Source: a virus (Duplodnaviria > Caudoviricetes). Taken from it: 54,944 bases of DNA. The notes under the pieces are model-generated. The model had not been told where the DNA came from and ran no database searches. It saw only the letters and a list, made by a program, of their open reading frames with translations. Shown here in pieces: positions 1 through 8,357 of the stretch. Both the position numbers and the translations under genes were made by a program. The stretch's first letter is position 1. Every line of letters begins with the position of its first letter. The DNA is taken from positions 1-54,944 of IMG/VR virus record IMGVR_UViG_3300043465_001344; one strand, 5' to 3'.

Positions 1-1
1 C

Positions 2-1498
2 GACAAGCAGGCGTCCCGGGCCGCCATCGTGGACGAGGTGCTCGTCCGGCTGGCCAAGTCGCAGCACATGGGCGACCTGCAGTGCGACATCATCCTGCAG
101 TACATCTACAACGGCAACTCCCGGCTGCTGACGATGGCCTCGATGCGCAAGCGCATCAAGGAGCTGAAGGGTTCGACGATGTCCGGCACCGACCACACCG
201 AGATCGCCCAGCATCTGATCAAGGAGCTGGAGCGGTACGGCGAGGTTCGCTACGAGGCCGGGTCGTTCTACCAGTGGGCCGGTGCGCACTGGCGGCAGAT
301 GACCGACGCTGACCTGATGAAGGTGTTGGCCGAGGAGTTCGGCCAGCTGGCCGCCGCTCGCAAGTTCAACGACCACAAGGGCATCCTGAACGTCGCGTCC
401 ATGCTGGTGCCCCGGGGCCTGAAGACGTGGGACGTCCCGGGCATCAACTTCGCCAACGGCTACCTGACGCTGGACATGCAGCTGCAGGATCACGACCCCT
501 GCTACGGGGCCAAGTACGTCCTGCCCTACCGCTATGCGCCGAATGAGGGTGCGCCGCTCCGGCTGCTCGCTCTGCTCGATCAGGCGTGGGGTGTGGATCA
601 GGACTACGCCCAGAAGGTGCAGGCCTTCCGCGAGGCGCTGGCGGTGACCCTGTTCGGAATGGCCCCTCGCTTCTCGCGGGCCGTCTGCCTGTTCGGGCCG
701 CCCAAGACGGGCAAGTCGACCGTGAAGGACATCGTGCAGGGTATGATGCCCGACGAGGCCCTCTGCTCGGTGCCGCCCCATGACTGGGCCGACAAGTTCC
801 TCCCGACCCAGATGCACGGCAAGCTGCTGAACTTCTGCGGCGAGCTGTCGGAGAAGGAGCTGATCTCGGGCGACCGGTTCAAGTCCATCGTCGAGGGCGA
901 GGAACTGAACGGCCAGATGAAGGGCGGGCAGATCTTCCGCTTCCGGCCGCTCTGCGCCCACTGGTTCGCCTCGAACCACCTGCCGCGGACGAGGGACACC
1001 TCGGCCGGCTTCAACCGGCGCTGGCTGTTCCTGCACTTCACCAATCAGGTGGCCGACGGTCAGAAGATCATCGGGCTGGCCCAGATGATCCTCGCCGAGG
1101 AGCGCGAGGCGATTGCCGCGTGGGCGGTCCCGGCCATCGAGGATCTGATGCGCAATCAGGACTTCACGCTGCCGAAGTCGCATGAGGCCCTGATCTCCGA
1201 TGTGGCCTCGCAGAACAACAGCGTGCGTTTTTTCCTGATGTCCGGCGGGGTTCAGGTCCACGCGCCGTCGGACAACGTGGATTGCTCGCTCCGCACCTCC
1301 GAGAGAGTGCTGTACGGTCTGTACTACGCGTTCTGCAGGCTTCAAACCAATGCCATGCCTGTGCAGTTGATGCGCTTCAGGCTCATCATGCAGGAGTTGC
1401 AGAACGAGATCGGCTTCCGGTCGGAGATCGTGGTTACCCCGGCGGGAGACGAGGCTTGGTACGTCAACCTCACTCCTGTGAGATCGACGGGGACGTAG
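2..1498 (+). CDS. D5-like primase-helicase, C-terminal SF3 helicase part (5'-truncated by the window)
   Basis: Frame open from base 2. D5_N-like INFANGYL, Walker A GPPKTGKST, Walker B-like NFCGEL, motif C FASNHLP, GFNRRWLFL. Confidence 0.85.
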   Translation, partial: DKQASRAAIVDEVLVRLAKSQHMGDLQCDIILQYIYNGNSRLLTMASMRKRIKELKGSTMSGTDHTEIAQHLIKELERYGEVRYEAGSFYQWAGAHWRQMTDADLMKVLAEEFGQLAAARKFNDHKGILNVASMLVPRGLKTWDVPGINFANGYLTLDMQLQDHDPCYGAKYVLPYRYAPNEGAPLRLLALLDQAWGVDQDYAQKVQAFREALAVTLFGMAPRFSRAVCLFGPPKTGKSTVKDIVQGMMPDEALCSVPPHDWADKFLPTQMHGKLLNFCGELSEKELISGDRFKSIVEGEELNGQMKGGQIFRFRPLCAHWFASNHLPRTRDTSAGFNRRWLFLHFTNQVADGQKIIGLAQMILAEEREAIAAWAVPAIEDLMRNQDFTLPKSHEALISDVASQNNSVRFFLMSGGVQVHAPSDNVDCSLRTSERVLYGLYYAFCRLQTNAMPVQLMRFRLIMQELQNEIGFRSEIVVTPAGDEAWYVNLTPVRSTGT

Positions 1499-1568
1499 AG
1501 TTCGACATGGATGAATGGGGATGGCTCTGGGCGATGGTGCTCGAAGTCACTGAAGCAGAGGAACAAGC

Positions 1569-1763
1569 ATGAAGTACGTTGTTGAGAAGGGTCCGATTGA
1601 GGTCCCGCTGTATCTGGTGCTGCTGGATGCCCAGCAGGGCATGGAGCACGAATGGTCCGATGACGAGGACCGCGCCACGCGGTTCGACACCTCGGATGAG
1701 GCGACGGCCTTTGGGTCGAACACCCGCGTCGAGGCGCTGCGCGTCACGGAGCTGGAGGCATGA
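1569..1763 (+). CDS. hypothetical protein
   Basis: GAGGA SD upstream; ATGA overlap with next gene. Confidence 0.6.
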   Translation: MKYVVEKGPIEVPLYLVLLDAQQGMEHEWSDDEDRATRFDTSDEATAFGSNTRVEALRVTELEA

Positions 1764-2263
1764 ACAAGATCTGGGACATCATCCAGACGGTGATCTTCGG
1801 GCCACCGCTGGTGAGCGTGAAGACCCAGCCGACGTTGGTTTCGGCCGACAGGTACGCCAGCCTCGTCACCAGTGAAGGGACCGCGGCCCGGATCGCGGGT
1901 GACGAGGCGCGGCCATGGGTCGACTACTGGCGGCGGATGGGCGTCGATGATCCTGTGGCGGCTGCGCGGGCCTGTGAGGGCCGACGCGCCGGCGGGGTTA
2001 AGGCCAGCGTGGCAGCGATCCCTGATGGTTTGGGGTTCGCGGCTCGCGCGATGGAGACGTTTGCGGAGGCCACGCGGGCGGTGCCGATGCTCACCTGCAA
2101 GGAGGGGAGCTGGCCGACGGCGTGCGTCACCGTCGAGCCGAAGCAGATCGACTTCTTCGAGCGGGGTCTGCGGACGAGGGTCATGATTGCGGGGTACGAG
2201 ATCCGGGATCGTGTAACGGGGCGGCTTCTCGCCGAAACTGAGAAGTATACGTTCGAAACCTAA
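1760..2263 (+). CDS. hypothetical protein
   Basis: GGAGG SD, coupled start, ends just before a terminator. Confidence 0.6.
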   Translation: MNKIWDIIQTVIFGPPLVSVKTQPTLVSADRYASLVTSEGTAARIAGDEARPWVDYWRRMGVDDPVAAARACEGRRAGGVKASVAAIPDGLGFAARAMETFAEATRAVPMLTCKEGSWPTACVTVEPKQIDFFERGLRTRVMIAGYEIRDRVTGRLLAETEKYTFET

Positions 2264-2292
2264 CGGTAATGCCTACTAATAGACGCTAATGG

Positions 2293-2326
2293 AGCCCCGA
2301 TCCGCAAGGATCGGGGCTTTTTCTTT
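2293..2326 (+). terminator. Rho-independent terminator
   Basis: AGCCCCGATCC-GCAA-GGATCGGGGCT followed by TTTTCTTT. Confidence 0.85.
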
Positions 2327-2600
2327 ATGTTTTCGGGGTGTGATAGCACATTATTCGCAGATTTTTTCCGGGAGCGTTTCTGTGATGCTCAGTATCAACC
2401 CCCCGCCACCACTAGAGAGAGAGGGTGTACTCCTTCATTCTCCACCCCCTTTCACTGGTGGTATAGGTTATTCTTAGTTATCGGATGAAGAGAAGGAGAC
2501 AAGAACAAGAGGGAAGAGGGTGTCGCGCCCCGCGCGCGACAGGTCACGGGCCTGTACCGTGCGCACAAGCCCCCATTATGTCTTGCGATTGCTTCGAAAC

Positions 2601-2613
2601 TTTAACCGTTAAA
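2601..2613. repeat. TTTAAC..GTTAAA palindromic motif, copy 1
   Basis: TTTAACCGTTAAA, followed by an extra half-site TTTTAACC; 32 nt before the ATG at 2646. Confidence 0.8.
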
Positions 2614-2645
2614 CTTTTAACCTTCTAGCCCGAAAGGCTTACACC

Positions 2646-3305
2646 ATGTTCAACGTTTCCACGCATACCGCCGCCGCTGTGCACAATGCCCGCGACGCCG
2701 CATCCAAAGCCGAAAAGGCGACGGGCAAAGTCGCCTCCACCATGACCGCCCTGTTTGTCGCGTTCATCGCGGCGGACCCGACGCTTTCCCTGAAGGCAAT
2801 CTCCGCCCTTGTCGGCGACAAGGTCCCGCAATCCAAGTCCGGGGGCGTCGCCGCCGTGCACAAGTCCCGCGCCAATACCTTTTTCAAGGACGCGGGGAAT
2901 ATGGCCGCCGCGCGGGCCGCTATCCCCTCGCCGGAGGCTATGGAACCGGAAGCCTTTCAGGCGGCCGTGACCGAATACGCCAAAGGGATCAATCCGCGAA
3001 AGTGGATCGATGAACAGAAGGCGGCCGAAAAGGCCGCGACCACGGCGGGGGCGGAGGCGAAGGCGGACAACGTCCGCGAAGAGGGCGAGGACGAACAGGC
3101 GGAGGGTGACGCCCCCCTGAACGCCGGGTTTGACCCGGTGCTCGCGGCTCAAACCGACGCCCTCAAGGCTATCGCGAACCTCCGCGAGATGCTGACGAAC
3201 GTTGACGCGCAAGTCGCGGAGGACGCCCTGAACGCCCTCCAGCGCGTGTTTGACAGCGCCGGCATCGCCCTCACCGGTGACGTCCCCATGGCGGTCGCAG
3301 TTTAA
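2646..3305 (+). CDS. hypothetical Ala-rich early protein
   Basis: 219 aa ORF bracketed by two motif copies; its stop codon lies inside copy 2. Confidence 0.7.
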   Translation: MFNVSTHTAAAVHNARDAASKAEKATGKVASTMTALFVAFIAADPTLSLKAISALVGDKVPQSKSGGVAAVHKSRANTFFKDAGNMAAARAAIPSPEAMEPEAFQAAVTEYAKGINPRKWIDEQKAAEKAATTAGAEAKADNVREEGEDEQAEGDAPLNAGFDPVLAAQTDALKAIANLREMLTNVDAQVAEDALNALQRVFDSAGIALTGDVPMAVAV

Positions 3306-3313
3306 CGGTTAAA
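3301..3313. repeat. palindromic motif, copy 2
   Basis: TTTAACGGTTAAA. Confidence 0.8.
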
Positions 3314-3349
3314 CTCGACCCCCTCCCAACCCCCTCGCCTCACGGCGGG

Positions 3350-3415
3350 GGGGATTTGGTCGTCCGCGTCCGCGCGCGTGCCTTACGCGCGCCTCGCGCG
3401 GACGACCAAATCCCC
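3350..3415. repeat. long inverted repeat / hairpin followed by a T tract
   Basis: GGGGATTTGGTCGTCCGCG (3350-3368) pairs perfectly with 3397-3415; inner GCGCGCGT/ACGCGCGC; then TTTCTTTTT. Confidence 0.85.
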
Positions 3416-3421
3416 TTTCTT

Positions 3422-3435
3422 TTTAACGCGTTAAA
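3422..3435. repeat. palindromic motif, copy 3
   Basis: TTTAACGCGTTAAA, perfect palindrome. Confidence 0.85.
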
Positions 3436-3448
3436 GTGGAGCCTGAAA

Positions 3449-3670
3449 ATGCTGGATTTGGGAATACTGAGCCTGCGCTACGGCGGATTTTTCGTCGGGA
3501 CCATGACCATCGTCATCGCCAGCCTGTGCCTCGCGCAGCTGGGTCGCGAGTTGAAAGCCTGCCGCACGCGTCGCGAGGCGCGGAACGTCTGGGTCGAGAT
3601 CAACTGGGTTGTCGGCTACGCCACAGCCTTCCTTTCTGCCGCCACGATTTGCCTGATCGCGAGTTTTTAA
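3449..3670 (+). CDS. small two-TM membrane protein
   Basis: GGAG SD then ATG at 3449; two hydrophobic segments; stop codon inside motif copy 4. Confidence 0.6.
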   Translation: MLDLGILSLRYGGFFVGTMTIVIASLCLAQLGRELKACRTRREARNVWVEINWVVGYATAFLSAATICLIASF

Positions 3671-3680
3671 CATGTTAAAA
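3665..3680. repeat. palindromic motif, copy 4
   Basis: TTTTAACATGTTAAAA, perfect palindrome containing the upstream stop (TAA) and the downstream start (ATG). Confidence 0.85.
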
Positions 3681-4151
3681 GTTGACAGCCGGTTCGGCCT
3701 CGAAAAGGTCGCCACCCGGGACCGCGGCCCAGTCCCGCGGCTCGCGACTACGGCCCCGCACAGTCTGGGCCTGCCCGAGGCCGCGTACCAGACGCACGGC
3801 ACGGCCGACATGGATTACGACCCTGTGGCGTTGGTCTGGGTCAAGAAGCCCCTGCCGCCCATCACCGGCCCGCGCGCCCCGGCCGTGACCCCGGTCCCGG
3901 CACGCGGTGCTGGCACGCGATACGAGGTCAAGGCGCGCGGGCAGCGGTTCTGGTTCGTGACCGCTCACACCACTGAGGAGGCGTGGGACGAGGTCGAGCG
4001 CCTGTGTCAGGCCAGCGGTTACGATGCGCGGGACGTCGTTCTGGAGCTGCACAAGCCGGCTCGCGTGGTGGGTCCGGGGCGGTCGCCCTTGGCCAGTGCT
4101 AGCGTTTCGGTCGCGGAGGTCAGGAAAAGGCTTTTGGGATCAAGGGCTTAG
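3672..4151 (+). CDS. hypothetical protein
   Basis: 159 aa ORF starting inside the motif. Confidence 0.5.
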   Translation: MLKVDSRFGLEKVATRDRGPVPRLATTAPHSLGLPEAAYQTHGTADMDYDPVALVWVKKPLPPITGPRAPAVTPVPARGAGTRYEVKARGQRFWFVTAHTTEEAWDEVERLCQASGYDARDVVLELHKPARVVGPGRSPLASASVSVAEVRKRLLGSRA

Positions 4152-4274
4152 GTATTTGGCATAACAGAAAAAAAAGCCAAACCATTATCTTCTTTCATTT
4201 TTTATCCTAGAGAAAGAAAGAAAGAATAGAATATGGTTTGGCGGGTCGTCGCTGTTATGCCAAATAGCCTAGCC
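4145..4274. repeat. AT-rich nested inverted repeat (candidate origin or terminus element)
   Basis: TATTTGGCATAACAG 4153-4167 / 4252-4266 and GCCAAACCAT 4176-4185 / 4233-4242 enclose a pyrimidine tract and a (GAAA)n tract. Confidence 0.85.
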
Positions 4275-4356
4275 TGCGCCAGAACGAGCTGGGCCACCCT
4301 TAAAACGAGGCGGCGAGACGCCAGTCTGGCTAGCAGCGCGATAGTGCGCAACAGTT

Positions 4357-4908
4357 ATGACTTCCACTGGAAAGCCTGAGCCTGTGACCGACGAAACTTT
4401 ACCCGTTAAAAAGCGGGGCCGCCGACCACAGTCGGTGCTCAAGAGGCTGGGCCGAGAGGGCCAGCTGGACGAGCACAGCTGGCCGGACCGGGCCTCGCCC
4501 TGTTGGGATGGCCCCGAGCTGATCAGCTACGGCGGCACGATGTGCCGAACCCCTCGCGCGTGCCTGAACGATACGATGCCGACACAGCTGACCAGCACGC
4601 AACAGTTGCAGTCGGTGTGCAAGCGCGACGGGTGTATCAACCCCCATCACTACCGGATTGCCGACCGGCGGAACCGGTCGGGCGAGCCGACCGTCCCCCT
4701 GCCCGACTGGGCGTTCATGCAGCACGTCCTCGAAGACGCGGAGCGTGAGAAGAACAAGCCACCCCAAGAGCGCCTCATGGAGTGCGCCATGGACGTGAGA
4801 CTGGCCCTGAACAGCGACCCTGACCTGAGCGACGCGGATCTCGCCGCGCGCTTCCAACACGCCTACACTGAGGAGCTAATCCGTGAAGCAAGAACCGTCG
4901 AGCTGTAA
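4357..4908 (+). CDS. hypothetical protein with a His-Cys/HNH-like Zn-binding loop
   Basis: PCW...CKRDGCINPHH resembles the C-x4-C-x-NPxH core of phage HNH/His-Cys proteins; basic N-terminus KKRGRRP. Confidence 0.5.
   Translation: MTSTGKPEPVTDETLPVKKRGRRPQSVLKRLGREGQLDEHSWPDRASPCWDGPELISYGGTMCRTPRACLNDTMPTQLTSTQQLQSVCKRDGCINPHHYRIADRRNRSGEPTVPLPDWAFMQHVLEDAEREKNKPPQERLMECAMDVRLALNSDPDLSDADLAARFQHAYTEELIREARTVEL
4398..4411 (-). repeat. palindromic motif, copy 5 (reverse orientation, inside a CDS)
   Basis: TTTACCCGTTAAAA is the reverse complement of TTTTAACGGGTAAA. Confidence 0.75.
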
Positions 4909-5287
4909 CATTCTCCGAAAAGCCCAAGACCTGATCCGCGACCCGCGACACTGGATCGGGGGCGACCTCTCCGAGAAACGCGCCATCGACCCAGCCTACG
5001 AGGCGTGCATCGTCTCCACCCTGCTCCCCGACGGGCGCTACGCCCCAGCCGAAGTGGGCAACGCTGACTGCTTCTGCGCCGGCCTCGCGATCACGCGAGC
5101 CTGCCGCGACCTCGGCGTCTACAGCGGCCCGACCCGCGATCTCGCCGTCCGCGCTATGAACGAGGCGGCCATCGACAGGTCCCAGACTGGCATCAGCCAG
5201 CTGGGCCAGTGGAACGACAACCGGACCCGCACCCATGACGAGGTCATGGCTGCGTTCGACGCCGCGATCAGCCGGGCCTCGGCCTGA
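4883..5287 (+). CDS. DUF6197-like phage protein
   Basis: CFCAGLAI...WNDNRTRTHDEVMAAFDAAI signature; GAGGAG SD. Confidence 0.6.
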   Translation: MKQEPSSCNILRKAQDLIRDPRHWIGGDLSEKRAIDPAYEACIVSTLLPDGRYAPAEVGNADCFCAGLAITRACRDLGVYSGPTRDLAVRAMNEAAIDRSQTGISQLGQWNDNRTRTHDEVMAAFDAAISRASA

Positions 5288-5410
5288 AGGCACTACGCCC
5301 TCCAGCGAAAGGAGCACACCATGCCCCCGCCGGACTAAAGCCCGGCACTCAACCACCACCGGCCCGGGCTCCCCCAGCCCGGGCCACCCACCCTCACAAG
5401 GACCAAGCCT

Positions 5411-5866
5411 GTGACCCCACCCATCCTCGACCCCCAGAAAGTCGCCGCGGCCAGCCTTGAGGCCTACTACGCCGGCACCCTGTGCGCCCAGACCAACTTC
5501 GGCGGCGACTACGGGTCCGCGAGCGCCTTCTACATCACCGATGACACCAACTACCCCAACGCCCGCTGCGCTATCGGGGCCGGTATGACCGCCGAGCAAG
5601 CCCAGCTGGCCGAGCGCCGACCGGGCGTCCGCGACTACAGGATCTCCGGTCTCATCCTCGCTGGCCTGTTCCAGACCACGAGTATCGAGGCGATGAACGA
5701 TCTCCAGCTGCTTCAGCAGCTGCACGATATGTGGAGCACCCAGCGCATCAGCCGCACGCTCACGCCCCGCCCGGGCACCGCCGAAGAAACCCGGTTCGTC
5801 GAGTTTGCGACGGCCATGGCCAACAACACCGTCACCGACGAAATGCGCGACAGGCTGCGGACGTGA
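5411..5866 (+). CDS. hypothetical protein
   Basis: AAGGA SD, RCAIG motif, coupled to the next gene. Confidence 0.65.
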   Translation: MTPPILDPQKVAAASLEAYYAGTLCAQTNFGGDYGSASAFYITDDTNYPNARCAIGAGMTAEQAQLAERRPGVRDYRISGLILAGLFQTTSIEAMNDLQLLQQLHDMWSTQRISRTLTPRPGTAEETRFVEFATAMANNTVTDEMRDRLRT

Positions 5867-6261
5867 CCAAACCAGCCCCCACCAACCCGGGCGACGTCGA
5901 GACCCTTCTCGCCGCCGACCTCGACACCCGCGTCTTCTGGGGTCCGCCCATCAGCCAGACGCACGCACTGGTCCTCGCCGCGCTCGACCTGCCACCCCGC
6001 CGCCCACCAGTGGGCTTCTCGGGCCGGGCCACCGTGACCAGCGACGGTCACATCATGTGCAACTTCACCACGGCCGAGGACGAGCACCACCACGGGGCCT
6101 ACGCCGGCCACATCGACCAGCTGGCCGTCTACCTCGACTACCTCACCACCGAGCTGCAGCTGGACCCAGTCCAAACGCTCGAACTCCAGCGCAGCCTCGA
6201 CGCGTTCATCACCACCTCCTACGAGGCTCGGCCGACCAAGTTCGCGCCACAATCCCATTAA
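5863..6261 (+). CDS. hypothetical protein
   Basis: GTGA overlap start. Confidence 0.55.
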   Translation: MTKPAPTNPGDVETLLAADLDTRVFWGPPISQTHALVLAALDLPPRRPPVGFSGRATVTSDGHIMCNFTTAEDEHHHGAYAGHIDQLAVYLDYLTTELQLDPVQTLELQRSLDAFITTSYEARPTKFAPQSH

Positions 6262-6263
6262 AC

Positions 6264-6278
6264 TTTAACGGGTTAAAA
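6264..6278. repeat. palindromic motif, copy 6
   Basis: TTTAACGGGTTAAAA, 2 nt before the ATG at 6281. Confidence 0.85.
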
Positions 6279-6280
6279 TC

Positions 6281-6724
6281 ATGTCTCTGAACATCCCGCG
6301 CCTCACCGAGCTGGCCGACCACCTCGACGGCGTGCCCGACGAGAAGTTCGACCTGTCGAACTGGTTCAGCACCGAGCCGGGCATCCCACTGTTCGTCAAA
6401 TGGGACACCCCGATCACCCCGGGCTGCCAGACCTGCGCCTGCATCGCCGGCGAGACGCTCGTGCTCTTCGCCCCGGACACGGCGGTCACCATACCCGCAG
6501 TCCAACACAGAGCCGCGGAACTGCTGGGCCTCACCCACCCCCTGAACGAGTGGCTGTTCGTGCCCCGGGAATACGACAGCGTCGTCGAGGACGAGGAGGA
6601 CACCGACGAGCCTGACGTCCTGCCCGAAGGCTGGCGGATGACCGACGTAAAGCCTGATCAGGCCGCCCGGGTCATCCGTCATCTGATCGAGACCCAAACC
6701 GTTGACTGGAGGATACTGCGGTGA
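6281..6724 (+). CDS. hypothetical protein, CxTxxCIxG family paralog 1
   Basis: FDLSNW...CQTCACIAG...QAARVIRHLIETQTVDW. Confidence 0.75.
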   Translation: MSLNIPRLTELADHLDGVPDEKFDLSNWFSTEPGIPLFVKWDTPITPGCQTCACIAGETLVLFAPDTAVTIPAVQHRAAELLGLTHPLNEWLFVPREYDSVVEDEEDTDEPDVLPEGWRMTDVKPDQAARVIRHLIETQTVDWRILR

Positions 6725-7077
6725 CCGTGCGCCTCCCCTTCACCATCGAGGCCGACGCGCTCCTCATCACTGCCCACCCCCACATGGCGGTCGACTTCAA
6801 CGACGAGGACTACGACAGCAACGAGCTGGTCGACATCTCGGGGTTCAGCGCCCGCACCCAGTCCGAGGGCCACGGCACCCGGGCGATGACCGCGATCACC
6901 GAGCTGGCCGACCAGCATCAGGTCGGGCTCGAGGTTTTCGCGGGCGTCAAGGCCGATGGTTGCGACGCCACCCGCCTCATCGACTTCTACAGCCGCTTCG
7001 GCTTCGTCCTCCAACCCACCCCATGGGACGAGGAGTGCGGCCTCGGCCGGCCGTGGCTCATAAGGAGACCCCAATGA
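6721..7077 (+). CDS. GNAT-family acetyltransferase-like protein
   Basis: Motif A-like SEGHGTRAM and C-terminal RLIDFYSRFGF. Confidence 0.65.
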   Translation: MTVRLPFTIEADALLITAHPHMAVDFNDEDYDSNELVDISGFSARTQSEGHGTRAMTAITELADQHQVGLEVFAGVKADGCDATRLIDFYSRFGFVLQPTPWDEECGLGRPWLIRRPQ

Positions 7078-7277
7078 GCGTCCCCCACCTCGCCGCCCGT
7101 CTTGTCCCTGCCCACCAGCGGCACTGGCTCGGCGACAGCTGCCGGCTGCAGAGCGACAAATGCCTGATCGTCCCGGTCAGCCGCCTCACCTCCGAAGCCA
7201 CGAAGATCAACCACTTCTGGGACACCCTTCAACAACGACCTCTCATCGACGAGGTCATGTTCACCATCGAGGACTGA
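7074..7277 (+). CDS. hypothetical protein
   Basis: TAAGGAG SD, ATGA overlap. Confidence 0.55.
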   Translation: MSVPHLAARLVPAHQRHWLGDSCRLQSDKCLIVPVSRLTSEATKINHFWDTLQQRPLIDEVMFTIED

Positions 7278-7280
7278 GCC

Positions 7281-7640
7281 ATGAACCCCAACCTGAAACT
7301 GGTCCGCGACCGTATCGCCGAGGCCCCTGAACGCCTGCTGGATATGAGCGAGACCGGTATGCCGCACTGCGGCACGCCGGGCTGCATCATCGGCTGGGCT
7401 CAGAGCCTGAAGCCCGAGCTGGTCGGCGCACCCTTTCACACCATCTACGCCGCCCTCGGCTTGGACGAGGAACAGGGCAACAACCTGAGCCTCGGCCTCG
7501 CCCCGACGCCGCTGATCGCCCAGAACCACATCACCAAGGATGAGGTCCTGACCGCCATCGACAGCCTGCTGGTCGACCCCACCCGGGTCATGCCCAAGTG
7601 GCCGCGCCGCGTTCGGTCCATCGCGGAGAACTGGGGGTGA
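7281..7640 (+). CDS. hypothetical protein, CxTxxCIxG family paralog 2
   Basis: NLKLVRDRI...LDMS...HCGTPGCIIGWA. Confidence 0.7.
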   Translation: MNPNLKLVRDRIAEAPERLLDMSETGMPHCGTPGCIIGWAQSLKPELVGAPFHTIYAALGLDEEQGNNLSLGLAPTPLIAQNHITKDEVLTAIDSLLVDPTRVMPKWPRRVRSIAENWG

Positions 7641-7801
7641 GGATCTGGAGGTGCGAGATCAACTGCGGATGCTACATCATCCGTCCCTTCGAAGCGTGGG
7701 GTGAGACCCTTTGGTCGCTGACCAAGGGTGTCTTCTACATCTGCGCCATCATCATCATGGTGTGGCTCACCCACACCATTTTAACGGGTAAAATGTCATG
7801 A
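7637..7801 (+). CDS. small membrane protein
   Basis: GTGA overlap; hydrophobic C-terminal half. Confidence 0.45.
   Translation: MRIWRCEINCGCYIIRPFEAWGETLWSLTKGVFYICAIIIMVWLTHTILTGKMS
7779..7793. repeat. palindromic motif, copy 7
   Basis: TTTTAACGGGTAAAA, 4 nt before the ATG at 7798. Confidence 0.85.
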
Positions 7802-8025
7802 ATGAGCCCCGATACATCGTCGCGACCTGCCCCAAGGAGGGGCCGGAACGCTTCTTCCCTATCGCCCAGCCGGGCGGTGGCCCGGTCGAGTATCCCGACC
7901 ACGCTGAGGCCATGGCCGTCGGCGAGCAACAGCTACGCACCGGTGGCCAGCGCGCGTTCCAGATCTGGACCGTGAGCGAGACCTACGAGATCGTGGTCGA
8001 GATCAAGCCGAGGCTGGCGGCATGA
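7798..8025 (+). CDS. hypothetical protein
   Basis: Coupled to both neighbours. Confidence 0.6.
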   Translation: MNEPRYIVATCPKEGPERFFPIAQPGGGPVEYPDHAEAMAVGEQQLRTGGQRAFQIWTVSETYEIVVEIKPRLAA

Positions 8026-8357
8026 GCATCTCCCGCCAGCAGCGGCGCTATCAGGAGCGCAAGGGACGCGTTGTCGTCCTCGCCAGCCCACCGCCGTCCC
8101 CGTCCGTCGAGCGCCTCGTCAGCTGCGCCCTGATCGACCACGAGGGCGTCACCCACCGTGGGTTCAAAGCCCACTGGGAGCTGCGCGCCAGCCTCGGCCG
8201 GGCTGACGCCTACGCCGCGGACCCGTCCGACACCTACGGCTTCTGGACCAGCTTCGACCGCTTCGTCACGCGACCCGAAGCCCAGCTGATCGGCGAGGTC
8301 TCCGGCCAGTGCCGTCCCCAGCAGCGCGAGCTGCTGTCATCGGACATCGACTGGTGA
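8022..8357 (+). CDS. conserved phage hypothetical protein
   Basis: GFWTSFDRFVTRPEA...ELLSSDIDW pattern. Confidence 0.65.
   Translation: MSISRQQRRYQERKGRVVVLASPPPSPSVERLVSCALIDHEGVTHRGFKAHWELRASLGRADAYAADPSDTYGFWTSFDRFVTRPEAQLIGEVSGQCRPQQRELLSSDIDW

Noticed and set aside
2289-2477. 62-aa ORF across the terminator
   Set aside because: It runs through a terminator, has atypical codon usage and no SD, so it is probably non-coding.
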